From the human T2T-CHM13v2.0 reference genome, Homo sapiens: 64,000 bases of DNA. The notes below the pieces were generated by a model, which was given only the letters and a program-made list of their open reading frames with translations, searched no databases and was not told the DNA's origin. Location of the stretch: assembly GCF_009914755.1 (NCBI RefSeq), contig NC_060938.1; one strand, given 5' to 3'. The translations under genes were made by a program, and so were the position numbers. Positions 1 to 12,504 of this stretch are shown piece by piece. The stretch's first letter is position 1, and each line of letters starts with the position of its first letter.

Positions 1-490
1 CTGCAGAAGACATTTGAATAGTCAGAGCTAAAGCTCAAAGGACAAATCTAGGCTGGAGATTAAAATTTTCATGTCATCACCATGTGGATGACAGTTGAAG
101 CCATGGGAGTGGAGGAGTTCCCCAAGGGAGAGAGTATGGAATGAGATGCTAAGAAGGCCGATGTCTAAACTCAGAGAACCCTGATGGTGATGAGATCAGC
201 CTAGGAAGAAAAGCCAAGGTAAGCAACCAGGGAGGTAAAAATAGAACCAAAAGAAAGTAGTGGGATTCAAGCAAAGAGAGAATATTTAGGAAAAAGGAGT
301 GGTCATCGTGTCAAATGTGTCAGAGGGCACAATAAGATAAGAGTTGAAAGATATCAATATGATTTGCAAGAAAGAGGTTGATCACTGGGGAAAGCACTTC
401 CAGAGAATTGATGAGGGCAGAAGGTGCGTTGCAGTGGGTTGAAGAGTGAATGGGAGTTGAAGTGACGGCAAATATAAACAACTCTTTCAG
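1..490 (-). mobile_element. LINE-2 fragment
   Basis: Purine-rich antisense L2 signature (ggctggagattaaaattttcatgtcatcaccatgtggatgacagttgaagccatggga). Confidence 0.65.
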
Positions 491-949
491 GATAGCTCAT
501 TCCTGTCCATGTCCACTGTGCCGTTTTCAAATGTCTACCTCATAGTAAAGATATTTGTGAACTGTCTTATCCTCCAAACGACTCTAAGCTCATTAAAAGT
601 ACAGATGGGGATTCTGTATTTTTACTCCTCATTGTTTCTAGTGTGGGTTTTACATATAGAAAATGCTCTGTTTAAATGTTTAATACATTTCCAGCTTTCA
701 AGTGTGTATTATTTTCACGTGTTATTCTCTTCGACAGCTTTTTTTGATTGAGTAGGAAGAACTCAGTTTCAGTTGAGAAAAAGATAAGTCCATAATTTAA
801 TCGACTCTTACAGTTTCCGGAAATTTTGTGAGTTGGGGGAGGGGGAATTTAAAAAAATCAGAAAACAGAACAAGGACAAATGTGTTTTAATAAAAAAATC
901 CATTATGATTATTTACACCAATTCCTTGATAAGCATATAAATGTAAACT

Positions 950-955
950 TTTATT
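950..955 (-). terminator. SLC35F4 polyadenylation signal AATAAA
   Basis: tttatt on + at 950-955, about 130 nt past the stop codon; UGUA motifs upstream and U-rich tracts downstream on the minus strand. Confidence 0.7.
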
Positions 956-1084
956 GTTGGCATTATTTCACATATGATTTATCCAAATTCAGAGTTAATA
1001 CTGTCGTTTGAGTGTACAGGTAGTGAGAAAATTTTGTTATATTCACAGAATATACATACACGTGCATTCAAAATATGTCCCTCT

Positions 1085-1326
1085 CTAAGCCAGTGGTATA
1101 GACACTGTCCCATTGGCTCTGCCTCTGCCCCGCAGGTGTATGCTGGGATCAGTCACATCATCCACATGCTCCTCACTCTTCTTTTCCTTCAGGCTGTTGA
1201 TGAACCTCAGGGTGATTTCATCCCATTCCTCAGGCAACAGCATCAGCAGAAACCCAATGCAGATGATGATGGTAGCAGCCAGGCGGACAACATTGAATAT
1301 CACCTCCTGCTTTAGGAGATCCACAG
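1085..1326 (-). CDS. SLC35F4: SLC35F4 last coding exon (AVDLLKQEV...GTVSIPLA*)
   Basis: Acceptor tttttctttcctAG (1328-1327) and TAG stop at 1087-1085; last TM helix followed by a charged tail. Confidence 0.96.
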
Positions 1327-1682
1327 CTAGGAAAGAAAAATCAAGTCAGTCATTTCCTATGCCTGTTTCTAAGCTTTGAAAACAAGTCACCAAAGTCCAT
1401 GTTACTTCTAGAGATTTCCAAGAGTCTTCTTTATTCTTCCAAGTTAGTGTTTCCTTTTTCCACATTGCTAGGTTTGCTTTCCACTGCCTGTCTCTAAGTC
1501 ATGCTTATCCTTCAAGGCTTAGCTTAAATTCCATGTAATCTGACTTAGTTATCTCCCCAGTTTTCTCTCAGTACTTTTCCTCTTTACCCCTTTAACCTTC
1601 TCCAGTTTCATTGGACCATTGGAGATTTTTCAAATGAGCCAAACATGTTAGTGTCTAACACTTGTGCAGGCTGTTCTTTTTA

Positions 1683-2225
1683 AAAATTTAATTGAGGTGA
1701 AATTCATGTAATATAAAATTAACCATTTTAAAGTGGACTTAGTGGCACTTAGTATATTCACAATATTATGCAGCCACCACCTCTCTCTGGTCCCCAGATA
1801 TCTCCATCACTTCAAAATAAAAGTCCATACCCATTAACTCCTCAGCTTCTTATCCCAAATCCCCAGCCCTTAGCAACCACCAATCTGCTTTTTTCCCCCT
1901 ATAGATTTGCCTATTCTAGTTATTTTATATAAATGGAGTCACATTCTCTGTGTTCTTTCGTGACTGGCTTCTTAGCAAAATATTTTTGAGGTCCATCCAT
2001 GTTGTAGCACGTGTCAGCACCTCATTCCTTCTTATGGCTGAATAATATTTCACTGCATCATAATTTGGTTATTCATTCAACTCCTGATTCACATTTAGGC
2101 TTCTCTACCTTTTTGCTATTGTGAATAGGGCTACTATAAACATTTGCGTATGAGGATATTTTTAATCTCTGTTTTCACTTTTTTGGGGTATACACTCAGG
2201 AGTGGAGTTGTTGGTCACACATGTA
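1683..2225 (-). mobile_element. Old L1 (L1MB-like) 3' end inserted in an L2
   Basis: aattgaggtgaaattcatgtaatataaaattaaccatttta... resembles the antisense L1MB 3' end; flanked by direct repeat ctgttcttttta (1671-1682 and 2226-2237). Confidence 0.7.
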
Positions 2226-2237
2226 CTGTTCTTTTTA

Positions 2238-2546
2238 GCATGAGCTACCCTTCACTCCTCATATCTCACTTCATCCAGCTAAACCTCTCCTTAGATCTCT
2301 CCCCTTAGGCTTCTTGCAGGAAGCCTTTTGGATGCTCCTCCTATGCGCCCTCGCAGCATTCAGCACATACCTCTATTAAAGCAATTCTATGTTGTAATTA
2401 CTCAATTTTTTTTCCTTTTGTCTCCCTCTCAATGCTACATGGTCCTGAGGGCAGGGACTGTGCCTTATTCAGGACCTGTCACTAGTGTTAGGACAGTTCC
2501 TGGTGTACACTAATTGCTCAGAAATTCTTTGTTGGATGAATGAACG
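2238..2546 (+). mobile_element. LINE-2 3' end
   Basis: Ends ...cctggtgtacactaattgctcagaaattctttgttggatgaatgaa, an L2-type terminus. Confidence 0.6.
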
Positions 2547-3424
2547 AAACTCCTTGACAACTCCACTCTGACATTTCTTTTCTCTGAATATCTTACAGCC
2601 ACTGGAGTCTGTCTCACACAATTTGGCATTTAATATTAAATTATTCTGTAGAGTTCCAAGTTGTTTCATGTAGGTTGGCCTTCTTTTACAAATTCAGCCA
2701 TAAGCATTTTAAGAGAATAATAATGTATTTTTTTCTTTTTTGCTGCCCTGATCACATGATAAATATTCAATAAACATTTGCTGATTGTCGTGGAGGACAG
2801 AAAAGTGGCTACTCAAGACTTGAAATTATAAAATTTTAAAGTTAAAAGGACTGTACAATCATCCAGATAATCCATTTGCATTACTTGTTTCACTGGCAGG
2901 TTTCTCTAGAAATATCCTGGAAAAATAGCTTCTCTTGTCCCTGAGGTGAGTAAAATTGCTTTTTCCTTATATCTATTCCAGAGGGCCATCTGCTCTGCCC
3001 CAGGAGAGCTTTCCGTGGCTCCCCATGGATTGTCTGAGGAGAAGCCAACCTCATGTACATCCTCTGCACGTTCATTAGTGACGGTTACTTGAAAGTCCTA
3101 TGCTGGGATGCCTTTTGTTTCCATAGGACTTCCTCTAAAAATACCACAAAATTAGGTTGTCAGGGAGATTATATGAAACCCAAATGATACATTTGGTATT
3201 TAATTCTAAAAGCACAACCAAGTAAAAACAGTGTTTTTAGCTGCAGATTTTAAATCTGCTGCATAGTTACTCTGTTGTCTGCCACCTTCATGATATTTAA
3301 AAACATCTTCCCAGGCAAGGAACATAATTCACAATTTCTAGAAGGAACAACTCAGGACACAGAACAAACACAAGCAAGAGACTTGTAGTGGCCAGGATCT
3401 GCACATGTCACATGGTGCCTGTAC

Positions 3425-3514
3425 CTGCATTTCCAGGAACGCTGAGCACTGTCCCAATGGAGATTAGGATTGGGTATGTCAGCACCACCCCAACATTCAC
3501 CAGGATGTTGAAGG
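3425..3514 (-). CDS. SLC35F4: SLC35F4 coding exon (AFNILVNVGVVLTYPILISIGTVLSVPGNA), 90 nt, phase 1-1
   Basis: Translated by hand; acceptor ctattttacAG (3516-3515) and donor CAG|GTACAG (3424). Confidence 0.95.
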
Positions 3515-6500
3515 CTGTAAAATAGAGGAGGAAATGCAAGATGAAAGAGAAATAATACGCTGGACTTTTTTCTCCTTATAGTAAATGAATCAATGTCTTT
3601 GCTACATGTGCCTTTTAAACTGTCTATACCTTTGATCCTCTAATTTTGGAGATGGATGCATGTGTATTCTACCTGAATTAGTCATTTTCTTCTTTCCTCG
3701 TCTGCCACTCTCTTTACCTGAATCTTGCCAATAGACTGGCAAAAGGTATATGGACAAATACAAAGAGGTAAAATAATTGATTCGCAGGACTGTTTATTAG
3801 CACTATAAAGGTAGATTGGGGCCAGCCAGAGGTTAAAAGCAGGTGATTGATTGAAGATGGTGCCTCATCTCTTTATTGCTGTGCTATTTTGTGCCACATT
3901 CATAGACATTAAATGGCTCTAGTGTTACTGCCTAAAGGAAGGTCTATCCAATGATAGCCTATGCTGTTTTATTCCCTCTCTCTGGAGGTCAGCATCATGT
4001 GGGCAAACAAGGGTGGGTTTAATGTAATTCACTGAATTCCAGAGACTGTCTCCACATTCTGATTTGTGTACAGATAATCAGAGGGCAGATCCACAGAACC
4101 AGCTGAAGGTGTAGCTCCATGCTCTTCAATGAATACCTTTTGGACCTCTTTGGTTAAATATAAAATTAGTTAAAATAATCATTTATCCACTTTAAAACTT
4201 ATCAAAAACACATTTTCAAAAAGAAAAAAGAATTATACATTACAAAGCATTATTCTCATAGAGTCTACTCAAATGTTTGTTTCAGGGGATAGAGAGATGA
4301 GTGTTAACAATTGTAAAATGTCCTCAATTCAGAGATCTCCATGACAATGAGGCAAGCATGTTGTGTATATCTCTGCAGAACCAAAAAAAGTTCTAGAAGC
4401 ATTCGAATAAGGATGATGTATGTTCTTCTATTGTCATCTGTAATTCCCGCTTTAAGCCCACTGGGTCACTTTGTGCTTGGTAGTTAGAAACAGTGAGTTT
4501 GACTTTTACAAGACTTGGGCTCCTTTATATTGTTCATACAATAGTGGCAAGCAAGGCAGAGGGTCTTCCTAAACTAATAACTGCTCCTCATTCCTGACAA
4601 AGCTGCAACATAAATGAATATTCCAGCACTTTGACACTCCCCTCAGACTCAGGGAGTCCAACATCGCAAATTCTGACCAATCAGGAATTTATTAAATACA
4701 GCACAGGCTCTGCTGAGCTCCATAGTATGGGGCCTAGCCTGAGTTTAAGTGCAATTCAGACATGCTAGGTGAATGGATGAGGCTGACTTGCATTTGGGCT
4801 AACACATTTCCTGAAAGATAGGTCAACCTGAGAGGAGTGAGGCAAAGTAAACATAAGCAAACAAGAAACCATAGCTACAGGAGATGTGGGGTAGTTCAGG
4901 GTGCAGATTGATGTGTATCTCTCAGACCTGTGTCTCAGCCAGATCACATCTGATTTCTATGGAGAAGAGAGGGACGGCAATAAACACTTAGGAATAGGAG
5001 CACTGAAGACTGTAAGATCCTGGGGTGTGTAACAGGCTGGAGGGAGGCTATCTCCTCGATTGCCACAGCACAACTTTGGCACAGTGAGCTCTCTGCAGTG
5101 CACTGGGGTGGGCCTGGTAGAGCAGCTGCAGTGCTGCTTGGCACTGTACCCAGTGGAGTGTGGAGCTCATACTGCTTGGTGGCGAATGCCAGTGTTCAGC
5201 TAGCACAGGTGGCGTCCAGCCTCTGCAGGCTTGCTTAGGAGCGCGTATTGGATATGCCAAGGAGTATATGTTGGTGGAGGGCTACTTTGCAGCAGCAAGG
5301 TGGAAATCACATGTGCAATGAGGAGGCTAAAGGCCATTGAAATTTTACTTAGGATTGTTCCCATTTATGTTGTTTTTGGCCAGAAAATAATCTAGGTGCT
5401 TTTAATGAGGATGTTTTGGTCTTACAGAAATATCACTATTGATTTCTACTCAGCTTAGCAGAGGTTATGAGAGGTGCTAACCATATAATTTTGGCTTTGA
5501 AAAGTAGAACTCAAGGGACCAACAATTAATGTTTGATCCTTCTCTTGAGTGTTTTCTGTCGAAGACCTCCCTGAGTCTGAGGGGCTGAGCCAGCATAGAA
5601 AAAGATGACCCAATCAATACTCTTGCAGGGATGAAAATAAGAACATTTAGCTCCCAGGAATTGCAGTGCTGCTACTATTTCAAATTATATCACCTCAGTA
5701 AAGAAGGTCAGTTGAGGGTTGATGGATGTTCTGCAGGTCGAGCATTGTGGGAAAATGTGGAGTGGGCAGAGGGAGTTGACCTCTGAGTAGCACGTGGAAA
5801 TAGAAGCGGCATGAAAAGGATTTCTATGGAGAAGAGAGGGATGAGGGATGAGCAACAACATTGGGTTGTTGCTGTTTTTTAACTGCTTGGTGAGAGAAGA
5901 GCAGCCTTATTATTTTTCAGGCTCCTCTCACATCAAGTGACAGCAGCACAGCTTAAAAGTCAGATCCTGGAGCTCAGGTGAAGCAGCCAGCCTCAGAGTT
6001 ATAGGAAGCTGGCAATGAAGACATTACAAGGACTCGAGGTGACTTTTTCTTGGCCATTAACTAGGTACTGTCTACTCAGCCAGGATCACCAAGCCTAGTG
6101 CATGCTGCTGTCTCTATATACTGGCAATGTCTTCCTATCACAAATCCATTCTCCATTCTCAGCCAGAGTGAGCTGTTTCATATGCAGATATGAGCCTATC
6201 ACCAAACTGCTTAAAAATTACTAAGTGGACTTTAAATCCAAACACCTCAAAATGGCTTTCCAGGCTCTTCCCAATCTGCTTCCCTCTTAAATAGCATCTC
6301 CCTCCCTCCCTTCCTTCCTTTCTTCCAAACTCAGTGCTCCCACCAGTTTGAACCACTCTGAGTTCTTTGAATGCACCGTCTACTCCCTAACCTCTGCCCA
6401 ACACAGCATGGCACACATGGAACATTATAACATGATACAGTGTATTAGAAAGAATGAATGAGGCTGAAGAAGAATGGATTGAAGGCCAGTGGTATACAGA

Positions 6501-6737
6501 GAGGCCTGGGCCTCCAGTGCACACCTTAACTCATGGGAGGCATACTAGTTGGATAGCTTGAACCTAATCAACCAGTAGCTTGCAAAGAACCTTCTAAACA
6601 TGACCAACGACATTGAACAACATAAGTTTGGGAACTAGAGCACAGAGTTACCCAAGGAAATAATCCTATGATGATAATCTAACTAGCCAAAGAAAGATTG
6701 ATATAGGGAATGGAAGGCAAAACCCGAGGCCACTTAC

Positions 6738-6930
6738 CCAGCCACAGCCCTGCCATCCCACAGAGACAGCCCCATGGCAGAGCAGCAAAAGAGGACCAGT
6801 GCTCCACCTTGGTGAAATACAAGATGACTGGGGTGAAGGAGATGAAGATCAAATTGAAGAAACCCAAGGTGGAGACAAAGTGTGCAGCTTCCCCAAAGTT
6901 GGCACTTCCAAGAAACATTTTAAACAAGAC
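6738..6930 (-). CDS. SLC35F4: SLC35F4 coding exon (VLFKMFLGSA...MAGLWL), 193 nt
   Basis: Acceptor ttctcattccAG and donor G|GTAAGT (6737); lies in the frame of ORF 6679..6927. Confidence 0.96.
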
Positions 6931-8504
6931 CTGGAATGAGAAAGAAACTCTACAGCCACACAGAAACTTAGCCAGAGCAGAAACGTAAGTCTTACTGTTC
7001 CATACTGTGAGCTAACTGGCCCAGAGTTTATTCTCCATTTCTTCTTGCCCTGACATCTTCACAGCACTAGATGGGCTGTTGAGATAAGGAATTAAAATAC
7101 TCCATAGCCTTCATATGAAATAGCAAATGTCATAAAATGAATTTCTTATGGTGCTGAAAACTGCTGGGTAGTGTACATTGTGTTTAGTGCCACCATCAGT
7201 GATGGGTATTGGGTGAATGATAAATAAGAGTCCACACAAGCCCAGAAAAATCTTCTAGGATTGACAGGCCATTAATCCTTAACTTAAAGCATGGGATTTG
7301 TTTTATCCTTATTTTGATAGATACTGAAAACTAAATTGGACAGAGAGACCCTGTCATTATGTTGTTGAGAGAAATAGTATTTTTGCCTTGGATTTATAAG
7401 CAGTTTTCTTTGTGAGCTCAAAATGACTTCACAAATATGGTGCTTGTTCCCCAGATTAAAAAGCAGTTTTTATATATTATAAACCTGTGTGCAGAGGAAG
7501 ATGGCAAGGAGAAGCAAATGGCTAACATAAAATCACACAACAGATTACAGAGAAAGCCAGGGGTATAGTCCATATTTCTTAGCTTCTTAAGCCCACCACT
7601 CCCTATACTAATCCTGTAACAACACAGAGTGAAGCAGATCTCTTCTGCCTGGAATTATATTATGCTGCAGATATGATTTGGTGCATGTCAGAATGAATAC
7701 ATTCTGTAACCTGGTCAGGGGAGATCCCTCTGTAAGAGTGCCATTCTGGTCATATAGCAATCCCAGGTACTGCTTCTAATTTCAACTGAACTAATTTTTT
7801 TTTTCTGTTGAAAGACTTAATCAAAAGAATTTGAGCATGTGGTAGTCTTTGGTCACATCAGACATCTTGGTGGATCTCAGTTGGGGAGCAAGTTAGACAG
7901 TAATGGCCATTGAGTGAACATTTGTCAAGCCTGTCACACAGAATCAATGGGCCAAGAAATGTCAATATGGAAATAGACTTCATGCCCTCTGAGACACAGT
8001 GTTGGTTAATAATCAGAACAGGCTTCCAGGAGGGACGAAAAGGGTATTTTCGGCCTTTCAGAGTGTGTTTTCTCATTGAAACACCAAGAGAGGTGAAATT
8101 GGAACAGTTCTTTAATACATCCAGAAAGTTGACTTTAAAAGTAGAGCTTTGGGGAATAACTTTTTAGATCTGCTCTCTTAGTGCTCACTTCTGAAGTCAG
8201 GTGCAATGACTCCGAATAGAATTTTCTTTGATGACAGGGAACTCCAGTGGAGAAAAAAATGGTGGGTACATACAGCAGACGTAGAGCATCCATCAGAGAG
8301 AAAAAGAGCTTCTTCATTTTGCTAGTAACACGAGCTCCTGTGGCATGGGGTTAATATGTGCCAAACAGCTCTCTAGTGACAGCTTATTTCTAACACCTCT
8401 TTTGAGTTAAAATAATGACCATAGATAATTAAATTAAAAAACACAGGGAGAGAAGATGCCTTTCTAATGTTCCTGCTATAACTGCCTGATAAATGAGGGA
8501 TTAG

Positions 8505-8720
8505 GGCATAGCACATGGGCTTAGAAGTTGGCTAGTCCAGAGTTTAAGTCTTGGCTCTATCACTATTTGGCTCTATGATTTGGGGCAAGTTATGTAATCT
8601 TTCAAAGCCTCAGTTTCCTCATCTGGAAAGTGGAAATAAGTATTTATGCCTCATAAGGTTGTATTAACACAGGCAAAAATTTTCAGGCAGGTACCCATCA
8701 CATAACAAGTAGTTAATTTA
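8505..8720 (+). mobile_element. MIR SINE
   Basis: MIR core (ggcaagttatgtaatctttcaaagcctcagtttcctcatctggaaagtgg). Confidence 0.7.
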
Positions 8721-8843
8721 CTTACTATTATTTCAACACATCTATTTTCTTTCTAATCAATGATTACATCGTACTTTCTTACTTTAGTACTCAAGTCTAA
8801 GTTATGAGTGACAGTTGCTTACAAAAGAAAGTGCACAACATAC

Positions 8844-8969
8844 CTTATATAATGCAGATGTAGAGGCTGAGCCCACCGCAAATGCCACTCCTATGATGGA
8901 ATCAGCGTGGAAATTATCTGCATATGCCATCATGACAATGCCGGTAATTGCCATTATTGCAGCAACTAT
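8844..8969 (-). CDS. SLC35F4: SLC35F4 coding exon (IVAAIMAITG...STSALYK), 126 nt, phase 0-0
   Basis: Translated by hand (absent from the ORF track on this strand); acceptor tttgacAG (8971-8970) and donor AAG|GTATGT (8843). Confidence 0.95.
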
Positions 8970-9954
8970 CTGTCAAATAGGATGCAAAGAAACAGAAAAG
9001 CAATGATCCCTCTGTATCCTAGAGCAGGCAATTCAAGACTTCCTGAAAGCTGCTAAGTACTTCCTTAAACCTAATTACCTTTTGTACATCACTTTAAATG
9101 TAGGAAGGCTCAGTATTAGAAATAAATCAATATGTTCATGAGATATCCAGGCACAGAATATAAAAGCTGTTCACATTCTAATTAAAGACTAGTAATTTTA
9201 TTATTTTTAATATATTTTTACTTTTTTAGGCCTAATAATTTTAATTTTTTAGCTCAAGCTTTCTAGGGACTAACATTTGTACTGGTGAAATAAATTTAAT
9301 AGGAAGTCACTTCTAAGCGTTTTCATCTCTTCTGTATTTCATCTATTCTTTTTCCTCCAATTCAGCATACATTTTAATCAGCTCCTTGGCTCAAGGTATG
9401 TTTCTGAAGATCTCCATCTAATCAGGACCTGATTAGAGAAGCATGATATTGATACAGCTAAGAGGCAAACTTCAGGCCAATGGGAAAAAAGAAAGAAAAT
9501 AAATTCTCATAGAGATGTATAAAGGAGCAAGCTGAGTCTGCACTGTCACTTGGAATGTCAAATGGAAGCCAGTACTTCCTTTTGTTCACATGAAAATTAA
9601 TTCAGTTTTTCAGAAAAACCACTGAAAGATAATTTCATTTAATTACTCTAGAGCATTAACTGCATAAAGTGAAATATTCATAATTCAACTGAAGTCATCA
9701 TTGTTCACTGTAAATTGATGATTCTAGCTATATTCAAAACAGGAGTCTACTCCCTTAGTGAATTGCTGCTTTGTGTCATCTCTTTATCTTGAACTAGTTC
9801 TACTGGAAAGCAGTTCAGAGCTACAGCAAACAGTAAAATGATGCTGGAACAGGTGACAATATGTCATTTCCTTGTGAAATGGTTTCACTGACTTTAAAAT
9901 CCAGATGAAAATTGGTGAGAAATTTAAACCTACATGGTGATTAATTTTGTTAAG

Positions 9955-10031
9955 CTTCAGTTCTGAGTATTCCCAAGTAAAGAAATTCTTCAGTTCTGAG
10001 TATTCCCAGTAAAGAAATTCCCAAGTAAAGA
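9955..10031. repeat. Nested short tandem duplication (33-bp unit x2 plus a partial unit)
   Basis: cttcagttctgagtattcccaagtaaagaaatt at 9955-9987 and 9988-10019 (1-nt deletion), then cccaagtaaaga. Confidence 0.9.
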
Positions 10032-10489
10032 TAGCTTTTTAACATATGTGATTTTCGGGGGCCCTTTTGAACACTATTAGTGAATTGTTTTTTATAACGT
10101 AGATTTTTAACATGTAATTACTGACTCGCTTGAGGCCACTGCAAAGTATGTTCCCAATTACATAGAATTCAGACGCTGCTAAAGCATGTCTTTTGTTAGT
10201 GGCCACCAAAAGCAAGGGCCCACTTGGTTTCAGAGTAGCTCCATATTAAAGTGTCCTTAATGAAAAACAGCAGGAGTACTTGAGAATAGACATAGACATG
10301 TCAGCAGTGAAAAACCATCTTCATTAAACATTATCCAGGAGGCTGCTTGATGGGAGGTGGTTTTCTTGCTGAGTGAATATCATATTCTCTGAAGCTGCCG
10401 GGTGTGTGTTCTGGTTAGACTTGGCCTTAAACTATAAGGAATAGAATTTAAGAATTTAGGTGTCAAGGAGATTTCTAAATAATAAGTAA

Positions 10490-10585
10490 TAGACTCATCA
10501 ATAAACACAGTGAGGGGGTTATCTAGACCTGGATAAAGGTCTAGACTCATCAATACACACAGTGAGGGGGTTATCTAGACCTGGA
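10490..10585. repeat. 44-bp direct duplication with 8-nt spacer
   Basis: 10490-10533 and 10542-10585 differ by one base. Confidence 0.92.
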
Positions 10586-11949
10586 AATTCTATGAGGGTT
10601 ATCATTTTCCTTGATTTGGGGATTTGCAACAGTTCTTTGGGGGATCTGATTTCAGGGAAATAAAAAAGGCACATTAGATATTGGCATATCCTGATTTGGT
10701 TTTGTGTTTAAATGATGTTCACTGGTTAGTGTTCATGTGCACAAATAGATTTCCTTCATAAGACTGAACTGACGGGATAATACATTTGAGTTAACGTTTG
10801 TTTTCTTTTAGCTAAGCATTGCATTTTCTAGGTCAAATAAACAAGCGGTTACTTGAAGCCAAGGCTAACAAAACTGTAAATCCTAACGAACTTTCACATG
10901 ATGTGCTATTTTATATTTTAAATTATTAAAAGCATTCTATAATACATAATACATGGGTTTAGGCAATTACACACTGTAGTATGTAATTCTGGGTTTAGAA
11001 AATTGTGAAAACCAATTAAAAAACCCCAAAGCACAAAACAAAATCCTGTCTAGAAAAGGACAGGCAGTTGGTTTCATTATCCCCAAGATATGACCACAGG
11101 TAGGAACTCTTCCTTTTCTGAGTTAGCTACTAGTAAAAATAGATATGCATAAAGTTTCTATTATGTTTCCTCAAGATAGGAATTGAACATGGGTAAAGAT
11201 TACATAACTCTGTAGCAATTCAAAATTATAACCATAGTGAGCCTCTTAAAGATCTTCATTACTCGTTATATTCAAGTGCTTGTGAAAATATTAGCCTGGA
11301 CCACTTAAATTGACATGTCAATTACAGCAGTGTCTCTTTCAATTGCCTTCACAGAGAGAAGCATTTTTCACTTTAGGGGGTCAGACAATGCTGTTAAGTT
11401 CTGAAAGAATGAAAATCTGAATATTTGAAATGTTAGAAAAATTCTCCATGACATGAGCAGTAATTCATAAGTTATATAGTATGTTCCTGGGGCAGGGTGC
11501 GGGTGGAGGGTATAGTGGGAATAGATAAATTATTTGCCACATTTTAGTTTAAATTTCAAAAATATCTGATAGGTCAAATTCTCTATGGCTATATTTTAAG
11601 AAATTTTAAATATATTTCTTATCTATACTGTTGTAAGTGAAGGAAGAGATCTCAACTAATCTTGAAAATGAGGAAAAATTGTGGAGTGGTTGTTTGGGTG
11701 ATCTCAGAATGGCTCTGCTTGGCACCACTGGTTTAACTTTAGAGAGTAAATACTCTTTAGATGTCTGGAGAACAAATATCCTAAGCACGTATCAGTCACA
11801 CACATTTTCAGAATCAATCAGTCATCAAAGAGGGATTAATACTCTGTTCTTCTCAACAGAAAAACACAAAACGACTCTTCTTGGCCTCAGCTTTCTGGAA
11901 ATGTGTCTGCAGGAAGCCAGTGCCTAAAATATTGTGTCAAAAATGCTCA

Positions 11950-12504
<555 letters not shown>

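Noticed and set aside
974-1379. Plus-strand ORFs 974..1315 and 1113..1379 (likewise 6710..6988 and 8815..9006)
   Set aside because: They are antisense shadows of SLC35F4 coding exons with no independent support.
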